60,668 nt of DNA from an uncultured virus (IMG/VR IMGVR_UViG_3300018405_000013). Its lineage: Duplodnaviria > Heunggongvirae > Uroviricota > Caudoviricetes. The notes below the pieces were generated by a model that was not told the DNA's origin, made no database searches, and saw nothing but the letters and a program-made list of their open reading frames with translations. The DNA lies in IMG/VR virus record IMGVR_UViG_3300018405_000013; one strand, given 5' to 3'. A program made the translations under genes and the position numbers. Positions 1-8,239 of the stretch are shown piece after piece (positions within the stretch are counted from its first letter, which is position 1; every line of letters begins with the position of its first letter).

Positions 1-1075
1 CATCTTTAACAATATGGTAATCAAGTATAAAATAATCAGAAGTATGCATAACAGAAGTATCTTCGACAACTTTTAAACAATCTTCTATTTCTTTATGATA
101 TTTCGGCAAATCCTTATCAGCTATACCATCTTCTATTTTTATTTTTTCAAAATTAGAATACGATAATTCCCTTAGTATTTTAAATTTTTCTTCTTCGCTC
201 TTACCTTTATGTAGGGATGGCATTTTAGGGTCGAAATTTATGTCGATATCGTCACATAGCGCAAATATATTGGTATTTGTTATAGATAAAATAATCATTT
301 CATTTGACAAAACACCCTGTTTCTCATATCTCTCAACCAATGTATTTATATGAGGATAGTCCAATATGAAAGAATCTTCATCATCATATTTAATCTTTTT
401 TCCGCTTAATAATGTTTCTCTTTTTTTGCTATCTTCTGGATGGATGTAATGCGAGTCATTTGCAGAAATTATAGAAATTTCATATGTATCCTTATATTTT
501 TCATATAATTCCAATACTTTTTTATTATGTTCAACTTGTTTTGTATGTGAATGTGCTTGAACCTCTAAAAATAATGAACTTTTAAAATGCTTCATCAATG
601 GAATAAATATATCGTTAATACTATCATCATCTCTAATAATACCTGCGACACATGCAGTTGTTATGTAAATATCATCTGGTGAAATTTTCAATAAATCATC
701 TAAAAATAATCTAGGTTTATAATAATAACCATTTCTATTAGCTGATGAGCTTGCCTTATTTAATTGTCTCCTTCCTTTATTTGTTCTTGCGATAAGGCAT
801 ATATGATAATTGCTTCTGTCTTTTTCTAATGGGTCTTTTACAATATATCCTTCCATAGCAAATATGCATTTTAATTCGTATTTCATGCATAATTCTTTTG
901 CTTCAAATATATCCCCACCATATCCGTGTTCTGTCGTAAAATAAGCTGTCTGATTTAATTCTTTAGCCCTCTTACAATATTCTTCAACCCTTGTATGTGT
1001 GTCGGGCGAAAATATATTAGACCTATGTGTGTGTTTGTGATAATTTTCATAGTTTTCGATATTTAATTTATTCAG
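1..1075 (-). CDS. dnaE: DNA polymerase III alpha subunit-like (PHP domain), N-terminal part, runs off window start; probable CTG start
   Basis: Manual translation: (M)NKLNIENYENYHKHTHRSN..SPD...YFTTEHG...AMEGY...NYHICLIARTNKGRRQL...YYKPRL...TACVAG, DnaE PHP motifs; RBS AAGGAGTG, in-frame TAG just before CTG at 1075. Confidence 0.88.
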   Translation of the reverse strand, partial: MNKLNIENYENYHKHTHRSNIFSPDTHTRVEEYCKRAKELNQTAYFTTEHGYGGDIFEAKELCMKYELKCIFAMEGYIVKDPLEKDRSNYHICLIARTNKGRRQLNKASSSANRNGYYYKPRLFLDDLLKISPDDIYITTACVAGIIRDDDSINDIFIPLMKHFKSSLFLEVQAHSHTKQVEHNKKVLELYEKYKDTYEISIISANDSHYIHPEDSKKRETLLSGKKIKYDDEDSFILDYPHINTLVERYEKQGVLSNEMIILSITNTNIFALCDDIDINFDPKMPSLHKGKSEEEKFKILRELSYSNFEKIKIEDGIADKDLPKYHKEIEDCLKVVEDTSVMHTSDYFILDYHIVKD

Positions 1076-1104
1076 CTAAATCACACTCCTTTCGATGTAT
1101 AAAC

Positions 1105-1133
1105 AGTATAACACAGTTTGACTTATTTGTCAA
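1105..1133 (-). promoter_or_regulatory. sigma-A-type promoter for dnaE
   Basis: TTGACA(1133-1128)-17 bp-TATACT(1110-1105). Confidence 0.75.
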
Positions 1134-1142
1134 GACACTATA

Positions 1143-1170
1143 TGTGGTATGTTAAAATTAACATACCACA
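1143..1170. terminator. hairpin, probable terminator
   Basis: TGTGGTATGTTAA-AA-TTAACATACCACA inverted repeat after ORF 1178..1360. Confidence 0.55.
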
Positions 1171-1177
1171 ACATTTA

Positions 1178-1360
1178 TCATCTAATTAACTTACCACAAG
1201 CCAAACATTTTCTTGCGCCGGTCATCCTATCTACATCATCAAGGTGGTTATGTGGACAAATATTTTGGATTTGTGATAATGCACACTCATATTCGCGCTT
1301 CTTATTTTGAAAATTCTCACTTAATGCCTCAACGATTACCTTTATATTTTCGTCTGTCAT
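1178..1360 (-). CDS. hypothetical protein with Cys/His (possible Zn-binding) C-terminus
   Basis: ORF with RBS GAGG; CPH...CxxC. Confidence 0.65.
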   Translation of the reverse strand: MTDENIKVIVEALSENFQNKKREYECALSQIQNICPHNHLDDVDRMTGARKCLACGKLIR

Positions 1361-1373
1361 ATCATACCTCTTT

Positions 1374-1559
1374 CTATTTCTTGTTTAATTTAGCAAATTC
1401 TATTTCTCTTCTTTTTATGATTCCTGTGATTAAATCAAGCTTTGCATTAATATTTTCTAAATTACTATTTTTTATATTATGCTGTGCAAATAACACAGAC
1501 AGTGCAATATCTAATGCTTTAACCTCTGATTCTGTTAATTCCAATGTGTAAGATGCCAT
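1374..1559 (-). CDS. hypothetical protein
   Basis: ORF; RBS GAGG before ATG 1559. Confidence 0.6.
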   Translation of the reverse strand: MASYTLELTESEVKALDIALSVLFAQHNIKNSNLENINAKLDLITGIIKRREIEFAKLNKK

Positions 1560-1616
1560 AATAACTACCTCATATAAAAATATATGTATAACCATACTAT
1601 AAGTATGGCTATATAA

Positions 1617-2273
1617 TTATTTTCTTCCCAATATAGACAAAACCCTAATAAACAGGTTAATTATATCCATATATATCGCAGTTGCACTATCTATTGCATT
1701 ATCAACTGTTTTACTAATCCTATTAGCCCTCTGCCAGTCATATCCGATATACCCACAGAAGATTAGTGCTACGATCCAATCTATAATTCCTGGATGCATA
1801 CCAAATAACGACAATCCAATTTCAACGACTATAACAGCAATAAGTGATACAAATAACACGCCACCAAGTTTAGAAAATATTTGTGGAAACAACGAACTTA
1901 AAAACATCATTATCAATGTAACGGTTCCTGTAACAAATATTGCCATAAATACTACGTCTGGATTATAACGGGCAATAAAAATATTTAAAAGCAAACCGAA
2001 TGGTATAACAATTAAATTATATCCTATAAAACTAATGACTGGATCGTCGCTTGAATTAACAAGATGAACACCCAATAAGCAAATTGCAAAATATGCCGCT
2101 AAAAATAATATGGGATTAACGGATTGCAAGGTAGACGTGTCAACAAACGCCACTAAAATCATATTAATAACAAAACCCCATAATAAAGTTGCTCCGATTA
2201 TAATATTGTATGCCTTGTCAGATATTAAATCACACCCATAATCCCTTTTGAAAACTTCATTTTCTATCTTCAT
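1617..2273 (-). CDS. Bax inhibitor-1/YccA family membrane protein
   Basis: ~7 hydrophobic segments; C-terminal FCGYIGYDWQ...A..IYMDIINLFIRVLSILG motif; RBS AAGGAG before ATG 2273. Confidence 0.85.
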   Translation of the reverse strand: MKIENEVFKRDYGCDLISDKAYNIIIGATLLWGFVINMILVAFVDTSTLQSVNPILFLAAYFAICLLGVHLVNSSDDPVISFIGYNLIVIPFGLLLNIFIARYNPDVVFMAIFVTGTVTLIMMFLSSLFPQIFSKLGGVLFVSLIAVIVVEIGLSLFGMHPGIIDWIVALIFCGYIGYDWQRANRISKTVDNAIDSATAIYMDIINLFIRVLSILGRK

Positions 2274-2274
2274 T

Positions 2275-2961
2275 TTAAACTCCTTTAATTTGAACAACAT
2301 CTTGATATAAACATCTGCACTTAAAATCATTCGTAAACATATCGTTGTGGTGATGACCAAAATACCATTTTTTAAAGGTTACGGCTTTATACACCTCATT
2401 TAGATACATATTAAGTTCATTAGGATTAGCTTTCCATGAATTTGTTATAACTTCATTTAAAAATATTTCCGGACAATCATGTGTCAAAATGTAATCAACT
2501 TTGTAATCATGTTTTTTTAGATTTATATCCGCTATTTCATATTCTTCCTTTGAAGGCATCTCCCTACTCCACCATGATATGCCTTCCGTTCGATACATTT
2601 TATCAACAGAATATCCGCCACCCATTGTGAATAATGTTTTACCATCAATGTTAAAAACTTGACCACGCATAAGGTGGTTTATTTGTTCATTTATTATATG
2701 AATATTCCCACCATTCCATTCGGTTATTGGCAAAGTGTCTAGCAAATCATGATTTTCATGGTTGCCGTCGACAAATAATACCTTGCATGGAACATTTCTC
2801 TTATACCATCTTTCTGTAAGATGGTCTAATTTCTCATTCCATCTAACAGCAACATCGCCACCAATAATTAAATAATCATTGTATGTTAAATTCATATCAA
2901 GCAGGCAATTTAATTTATCCGTGTCATTCATACCATGAGTATCGCCGGTAAAAAATATAAT
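2275..2961 (-). CDS. calcineurin-like metallophosphoesterase (probable ATT/ATA start)
   Basis: FTGDTHG (upstream of ORF-track ATG), GGD, DGNHE, THDCP, FGHHH motifs. Confidence 0.88.
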   Translation of the reverse strand: MIFFTGDTHGMNDTDKLNCLLDMNLTYNDYLIIGGDVAVRWNEKLDHLTERWYKRNVPCKVLFVDGNHENHDLLDTLPITEWNGGNIHIINEQINHLMRGQVFNIDGKTLFTMGGGYSVDKMYRTEGISWWSREMPSKEEYEIADINLKKHDYKVDYILTHDCPEIFLNEVITNSWKANPNELNMYLNEVYKAVTFKKWYFGHHHNDMFTNDFKCRCLYQDVVQIKGV

Positions 2962-2989
2962 ATATATGCACCCCCTCCTGTTTTTTTAT

Positions 2990-3130
2990 ATGATGATGTG
3001 TTGTTACACCAAAGCTTTCAGATAAATCCAATCCTTAAAACGGTATCGGTCTGTATCGACGTGTCGCTTTCGACGCCCTCCTACTCACACTCCTTAGATG
3101 ATGGCTACTTTTAAGCCTACATTTCATCAT
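2990..3130 (-). ncRNA. structured RNA resembling 23S rRNA H43/H44 (L11-binding GTPase-associated centre) with a ~70-nt insertion
   Basis: Minus strand AUGAUGAAAUGUAGGCUUAAAAGUAGCCAUCAUCUAAGGAG...CUUUGGUGUAACAACACAUCAUCAU; closed by AUGAUGA/UCAUCAU; GC-richer than flanks. Confidence 0.75.
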
Positions 3131-3133
3131 TTT

Positions 3134-4810
3134 TTATGGCAAGTTTACAATATTCACCATATTCTTTATTCTGTTTATTGTTCTATCTTTCCCTAAGATT
3201 TGTTGAATTTCCCAAATGTCCGGTGATTGTGTTTTGCCTGTCAAGGCCAATCTAATCAAAGAACTTACGTGTCCAACATGACCCTTATATTGCTCTGGAT
3301 TCTTCTTATGGTCTTTTGGTTTTACCGCATATCCTAAGTTTGATGTGATATCCTTAACAGAATTAAACCATTCAGATTGGTCAGCATCATGATTATAGGA
3401 TTCGATATATTCTTCAAGAATTTTTAAGGCATCATCCTTATCTATATTTTCTGGAACTTCGTCAATAATTTTAAGACATTCGTCAAAGAAATATTTGATG
3501 AAATCAAATATCTGGCTTGCACAGATTAAATCTTTTCTTGGTTTATCACCAGTTCTGCCCAAGTCAAGAATTTTACATACATAATCTCTACTTTTAACAA
3601 GCAACGCATATGCATCTTTGTTAAACTCTTGCGCCCAACTTACAAGGAAATCATATATCTCTTCTGCTGAAATTTTAACCATTACATTTTTCGAAACATC
3701 ATCCAATTTATTCAAATCAAACAATGCACCGGAATTACCCATCTTATCTACTGTAAATTGGAATTCATCAATAGATGCATCTGGATTTGCTATGCGCCAT
3801 TCTTCAAAGTTTGAATTTAGAATAGTCATAAGATATTCTCTTACAGCCGCAGGATGATAACCCAATTCCCTATAATAATCCAATGACAGTTCTGGGTCTT
3901 TTCTTTTGGAAAGCTTTCTTTTGTTGCCTTCTTCGTCAAATTTCATCAATTGTGCAGTATGGCAATAGGTCGGAAGTTCAAATCCAAGTTTTTCAAATAA
4001 TTCAATATGAACCGGTAAAGTGGATAACCATTCTGCACCTCTTACGACATGCGTGGTTCTCATTAGATGGTCGTCTACTGCGTGTGCAAAATGATAAGTC
4101 GGAATGCCATTGGTTTTTAATATTACTATATCTTGGTCATTTTCTGGCATTGTTAATTTGCCACGAATACCATCTTCGATAGAAACCATTCTAATTTGTT
4201 CCTTTGGCAAATCTAAATTACCGCTTGATTTAAGACGAATTACATATGGTTCGCCAGACTTAACCCTTTTAGCATATTCTTCAAGCGAAAGATTTCTATT
4301 AACCGCCCACTTGCCATATATTCCAAAGTTTTCCTTGTTCTTTTCCTGCGTTTCATGAATTGCTTCAAGTTCTTCTGATTTTAAGAAGCATGGATATGCT
4401 AATCCTTTTAACACTAAATCCCTAACAAAACATTGATAGATTTCACCACGGTTAGATTGGTAGTAATCACCATAATCACCAACTTGACCATCCACTGTAA
4501 CACCTTCATCGAAGTTCAGACCGAAATATTTCAAAGAGTTAATGATTACATCAACTGCACCCTCTACATAACGTTTATCATCCGTATCTTCAATTCTTAA
4601 ATAGAATGTTCCACCGCTTTGGTGTGCTAGACGTTCATCTGCAAAAGCACCATATAAATTGCCCAAATGGATAAAACCGGTTGGTGAAGGTGCAAGTCTT
4701 GTAACCATCGCATTGTTATCTAAATTTCTATTTGGGAATTGTGATTCGTAATAATCTGGTGTTCTGTCAATTGTCGGGAATAAGATTTTAGCTAATGCTT
4801 CATAATTCAT
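3134..4810 (-). CDS. gltX: glutamyl-tRNA synthetase (class I)
   Basis: TRLAPSPTGFIHLGN (HIGH), LRIEDTD, PTYHFAHAVDDHLMRTTHVVRG, KLSKR (KMSKS); C-terminal anticodon-binding RLALTG..SPDI. Confidence 0.93.
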   Translation of the reverse strand: MNYEALAKILFPTIDRTPDYYESQFPNRNLDNNAMVTRLAPSPTGFIHLGNLYGAFADERLAHQSGGTFYLRIEDTDDKRYVEGAVDVIINSLKYFGLNFDEGVTVDGQVGDYGDYYQSNRGEIYQCFVRDLVLKGLAYPCFLKSEELEAIHETQEKNKENFGIYGKWAVNRNLSLEEYAKRVKSGEPYVIRLKSSGNLDLPKEQIRMVSIEDGIRGKLTMPENDQDIVILKTNGIPTYHFAHAVDDHLMRTTHVVRGAEWLSTLPVHIELFEKLGFELPTYCHTAQLMKFDEEGNKRKLSKRKDPELSLDYYRELGYHPAAVREYLMTILNSNFEEWRIANPDASIDEFQFTVDKMGNSGALFDLNKLDDVSKNVMVKISAEEIYDFLVSWAQEFNKDAYALLVKSRDYVCKILDLGRTGDKPRKDLICASQIFDFIKYFFDECLKIIDEVPENIDKDDALKILEEYIESYNHDADQSEWFNSVKDITSNLGYAVKPKDHKKNPEQYKGHVGHVSSLIRLALTGKTQSPDIWEIQQILGKDRTINRIKNMVNIVNLP

Positions 4811-4847
4811 ATTTCTTGTTTCCTTTCTTGTTTTCAAACTTATCTTA

Positions 4848-5132
4848 TTATTTTAATATTTCTTTTAGCTGTTCCATCGTAACATTCAACTTTTCTCTGT
4901 CGTTAGACACAAGTTGCGTGTTTGCGTCCACCATCTTGTCAAGGATTCGTTTTAACTCTTCGGCTATAACAGCAATTCCGTTGACTTCCTTGATGTGTGC
5001 GGATTCTATTTCTAAATTAAAAAATACTATCTGCAGTTCCTTGGCGTATTTAATTGTATCCGCGTTAACTTTCCGGATATCTGCCACAACTTCTTCAAGA
5101 TGTTTGTAAATTTCATTTTGTTCAGCCATCAT
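4848..5132 (-). CDS. stand-alone methyl-accepting chemotaxis signalling-hairpin-like protein
   Basis: FFNLEIESAHIKEVNGIAVIAEELKRI resembles MCP tip LNAAIEAARAGE.GRGFAVVAEEVRKL. Confidence 0.6.
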   Translation of the reverse strand: MMAEQNEIYKHLEEVVADIRKVNADTIKYAKELQIVFFNLEIESAHIKEVNGIAVIAEELKRILDKMVDANTQLVSNDREKLNVTMEQLKEILK

Positions 5133-5329
5133 AATCTACCTTTCTTACTGCTTTTTTTCATGTCTTTAAATTTAACTTTAGCCATATATCCCCATACAAA
5201 CATACTAATAACGGAAACAATGACACCAAGCGTATAATTTGATTGTGTGAACATTGATATTGCAAAGAATAATCCAAATATTGAATATGCAACACATAAT
5301 ACAAACATAACGCAATTTAATTTATACAT
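5129..5329 (-). CDS. small 2-TM membrane protein
   Basis: RBS GGAGG; two hydrophobic segments. Confidence 0.65.
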   Translation of the reverse strand: MYKLNCVMFVLCVAYSIFGLFFAISMFTQSNYTLGVIVSVISMFVWGYMAKVKFKDMKKSSKKGRL

Positions 5330-5342
5330 TATATTACCTCCT

Positions 5343-5669
5343 TCAAAAATGAAATGTGATTGCTTTATCAGCAACTCTTCTTTCGCAATCTTCTTGTAAT
5401 ACAAACCAATATGGACAGTTTATATATGGAATATATGCCATTATCATTTCGCCATCATGCAATCTTGGAACCCTATAAATAACCGCACCACTATCAGTTA
5501 GAATTGAATATTTATCCCAATATAAATTATAACATCTTTCGCTACAAAATGGCTTGTATCTTGAATCTACATTCGAACCCCAAAATATTTGTCTATATTG
5601 CGTTAATGATAAAAAGTCTGTTTCAGAATCAAATAATAAATTTTCACCACAATTATTACATTTAATCAT
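5343..5669 (-). CDS. hypothetical protein (CxxC...FCSxxC Zn-finger-like)
   Basis: ORF with RBS GAGG. Confidence 0.65.
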   Translation of the reverse strand: MIKCNNCGENLLFDSETDFLSLTQYRQIFWGSNVDSRYKPFCSERCYNLYWDKYSILTDSGAVIYRVPRLHDGEMIMAYIPYINCPYWFVLQEDCERRVADKAITFHF

Positions 5670-5680
5670 AACAATACCTC

Positions 5681-5962
5681 TTATATTAAAGATACTTCGT
5701 ATCGGCTTGAAATTAATTTGAAGTCATAATTAGTCCACACGCATCCATCATACCAGATTTTATATAATGCATTTGTATCCATTAATATTTCTTTTTTAGC
5801 AAATCTTCCGGTAAATCTTATTTCATGTGGCTTATTGTCATCAGGGATGAGATATGAAAATTCAACAATGCCATTCCCTACACGATAGCAAACTTCGTAA
5901 GTCTGATTTAATTTGAACCTACCACCTTCACTTCTAGTGCATTTTACTTTAAAAGCTATCAT
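5681..5962 (-). CDS. hypothetical protein
   Basis: ORF with RBS AGGTG. Confidence 0.6.
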   Translation of the reverse strand: MIAFKVKCTRSEGGRFKLNQTYEVCYRVGNGIVEFSYLIPDDNKPHEIRFTGRFAKKEILMDTNALYKIWYDGCVWTNYDFKLISSRYEVSLI

Positions 5963-5970
5963 TACATCAC

Positions 5971-6201
5971 CTACTTAATAATATATAATATACCGCTATA
6001 ATTACTCGTTGACCCGCCAAAATGACTACGAATAAGCATAACTTCACTTGTAAGTAACTTAACGCTTAATTCACTGGTTTTGTATTTGAAATATCCAGGC
6101 ATATTATACTTATGTATAAATACCTCGCCCTCATTATCACCGTATTCTTTAATGGCGTCAGACAACAAAACAATTTTCTGCACTTCTTTTTTCTTAACCA
6201 T
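5971..6201 (-). CDS. hypothetical protein
   Basis: ORF with RBS AGGAGG. Confidence 0.65.
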   Translation of the reverse strand: MVKKKEVQKIVLLSDAIKEYGDNEGEVFIHKYNMPGYFKYKTSELSVKLLTSEVMLIRSHFGGSTSNYSGILYIIK

Positions 6202-6274
6202 AACGTCCTCCTAAATTAAAAAATCCCACATATGCACATATATATATTAGCATTATTGCGGGATTTTGTCAAGT

Positions 6275-6433
6275 TTATTTAAACAATATATTCCAAAAAA
6301 TATACAGCTTTTGACGAAACGTTAAATCCTTTGTTGCTTGGTCAACCATTGTCATAGGCAGTATTAGGTTCTTATTTTTTTCGAATAATCTTAATTCCTT
6401 ATAGAATTTTCTATACGCTTTAGGCTTAATCAT
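6275..6433 (-). CDS. hypothetical 52-aa protein (below ORF-track cutoff)
   Basis: RBS AGAGGTG; MIKPKAYRKFYKELRLF...FWNILFK*. Confidence 0.55.
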   Translation of the reverse strand: MIKPKAYRKFYKELRLFEKNKNLILPMTMVDQATKDLTFRQKLYIFWNILFK

Positions 6434-6455
6434 AATAACACCTCTTTAATATAAT

Positions 6456-6481
6456 GCAAGCCACCTGTATTGGTGGCTTGC
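6456..6481 (-). terminator. intrinsic terminator hairpin
   Basis: GCAAGCCACC-TGTATT-GGTGGCTTGC downstream of 6496..6900. Confidence 0.65.
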
Positions 6482-6495
6482 CAGTAGTAATAAAA

Positions 6496-6900
6496 TTAAA
6501 TGGATGCTAATCTTGTTGCGTTTTGAAGTAACTTAAGGTCGATTTCTGACTTAGCCTTCTTAAGTTCACTGATGTTTCTCTTAAGTTCTGTAGCCTCTAC
6601 CGTCTCTACTTCCCATAACTTGAATAGTTCCTTAGTGTTCTTTCTTGTCTCATACACGAACTTGATTCCTTCTGAAATCTGGTCTAAAACTGGAAGTGTC
6701 TGTGCGAATCCGTAAACTCTAATAACTTCCTTCTTTCTGTCGTCGAAATACATATCCTGTGTCTCGTCAATTCGACCCCAAGTTCCTCTTTCATTAAAGA
6801 TAGCCTTACGACCTGCTTCATCACAAAGAATAACATAGAATCCGTGGTCTCTTGTTTCAACAACATTACCAACTGTAAGGTCTCTTAAATTCTTAATCAT
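6496..6900 (-). CDS. hypothetical protein with C-terminal coiled coil
   Basis: RBS AAGGAG; long ORF. Confidence 0.75.
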   Translation of the reverse strand: MIKNLRDLTVGNVVETRDHGFYVILCDEAGRKAIFNERGTWGRIDETQDMYFDDRKKEVIRVYGFAQTLPVLDQISEGIKFVYETRKNTKELFKLWEVETVEATELKRNISELKKAKSEIDLKLLQNATRLASI

Positions 6901-6964
6901 AAATTTTGTTCTCCTTTAATTCTTATAGTTTTAACATTAATTAATGAAGTGCTTTATTGCACTA

Positions 6965-7039
6965 TGGTGACTCTGCCTAGCTTACGTACTAGGTTTTCCA
7001 GATTGAGATTCTGACGTACTTACGTTATACTACAGAGCC
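6965..7039 (-). tRNA. atypical tRNA-Glu(CUC)-like RNA 1 (no TPsiC, no D-loop GG, encoded CCA)
   Basis: GGCUCUG UA GUAU AACGUAA GUAC G UCAGA AUCUCAA UCUGG AAAA CCUAG UACGUAAG CUAGG CAGAGUC ACCA folds as a full cloverleaf. Confidence 0.85.
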
Positions 7040-7042
7040 ATA

Positions 7043-7117
7043 TGGTGACCTCGCCTAGTTTTACGTGCTAGGTTCCTTCGATTGAGCGTCGAATGTACTT
7101 CGATATACTACGAGGCC
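7043..7117 (-). tRNA. atypical tRNA-Glu(CUC)-like RNA 2 (G33, 9-nt T loop, encoded CCA)
   Basis: GGCCUCG UA GUAU AUCGAA GUAC A UUCGA CGCUCAA UCGAA GGAA CCUAG CACGUAAAA CUAGG CGAGGUC ACCA. Confidence 0.85.
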
Positions 7118-7137
7118 ATGTTTTAACTGATATATTT

Positions 7138-7166
7138 ATTATATCAGTTATGTATTTAATTGTCAA
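7138..7166 (-). promoter_or_regulatory. sigma-A promoter driving the two tRNA-Glu-like RNAs
   Basis: TTGACA(7166-7161)-17-TATAAT(7143-7138). Confidence 0.8.
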
Positions 7167-7199
7167 GTTTTTAATGTGCTTATTCTAAAACCCTTTTAT

Positions 7200-7565
7200 T
7201 TCACACAGCCCTGCTGAACCTATCCGAGTTTCTGCAATTAATACATACAAGGGTTCAGGACTACATATACAACGCAACAAAGAAGAAAACAAATTAGGCA
7301 AGTAGGATTATCTTGTTCCTTATGAATTGTTATATTATGTATCCCCACAAGCATTATGCTATTTGGGGATGGCATATAAAATGCCGATATATTTTAATTA
7401 TGAAAGAGAAGATTTTGGGAGGTGGCAGTTTAATCTTACAACTGCCAAGATGGATTAAAATATGAAAACAATAAACATTGCTTGCGGTTTGATATAGCTA
7501 TATATTAGGATTTAAAACTTAAAATATCAGCATAATTATAATATATTATACTATATATAACTTAT
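7200..7565 (-). ncRNA. candidate multi-hairpin non-coding RNA
   Basis: ORF-free; hairpins CTGAACC/GGTTCAG, ATCCCCA/TGGGGAT, GGCAT/ATGCC, TGGCAGTT/AACTGCCA; own promoter TTGACA(7600-7595)-17-TATAAT(7577-7572). Confidence 0.5.
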
Positions 7566-7589
7566 ATATTTATTATACCAGTTATGTAT

Positions 7590-8126
7590 TTATTTGTCAA
7601 GTTTTACATGTTTCCATCTTTTTCTACTTATTATACCAGATATTATAGAATGATCTATGTTGAATTTTTTTGCCAAAGCCATACATCCAAATTCTTTGTG
7701 TTTTGGAATATAATTTTCAAGAATATATATTACATCATTTTCTGTAAGTTTTGCGTTAAAACAATCTTCGCCCACCCTAAATAATCTATTAGAAGCGGCA
7801 TGAGCGTTATTATATTTTACCGTACACCATTCTAAATTATCTAAAGAATTATTTAATTTATTACCATCAATATGATTTATAATTGGATAATTATTTGGAT
7901 TCGGTACAAATGTTTCCATTAACGCCTTATGGATTCTTATTGCTTTTCTATTTTTACGAGAACCAAAACTCGCACCAAAATAATAATATCCACTTTTTAA
8001 TATTTTCAATTTTCTAATATATCCAGTTTTTGCATTTTTAACTATACCATTATTAGAAATTAAATAATAATCGCCATAATCTACACCCTGATATATTAAT
8101 CTTTCCCATTGTTCACATTGTAAAAT
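7590..8126 (-). CDS. NUMOD4-HNH homing endonuclease (probable ATT start)
   Basis: EQWERLIYQGVDYGDYYLISNNGIVKN (NUMOD4-like) upstream of track start; IHKALMETFVPN...INHIDGNKLNNSLDNLEW; NAKLTE..V C-terminal HTH. Confidence 0.88.
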   Translation of the reverse strand: MLQCEQWERLIYQGVDYGDYYLISNNGIVKNAKTGYIRKLKILKSGYYYFGASFGSRKNRKAIRIHKALMETFVPNPNNYPIINHIDGNKLNNSLDNLEWCTVKYNNAHAASNRLFRVGEDCFNAKLTENDVIYILENYIPKHKEFGCMALAKKFNIDHSIISGIISRKRWKHVKLDK

Positions 8127-8159
8127 TGTAATCGCTCCTTTTGTTTGTCAAGTTTTAAT

Positions 8160-8235
8160 TGGCTCCAAGGATGGGGCTTGAACCCATGACCTCGTGCTTA
8201 ACGGGCACTTGCTCTACCAACTGAGCTACCTTGGA
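8160..8235 (-). tRNA. tRNA-Asn(GUU), C33 variant, encoded CCA
   Basis: UCCAAGG..AGCUCAGUUGGUAGAGC..AGUGC CCGUUAA GCACG..UUCAAGC..CCUUGGA GCCA. Confidence 0.9.
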
Positions 8236-8239
8236 ATAT

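Noticed and set aside
2990..3130. rRNA gene or host contamination
   Set aside because: Only the H43/H44-like core is present, interrupted by an insert and closed by its own stem between phage genes.
3618..4358. Plus-strand ORFs opposite gltX (and similar shadow ORFs throughout)
   Set aside because: Antisense to well-supported genes, no RBS or motifs.
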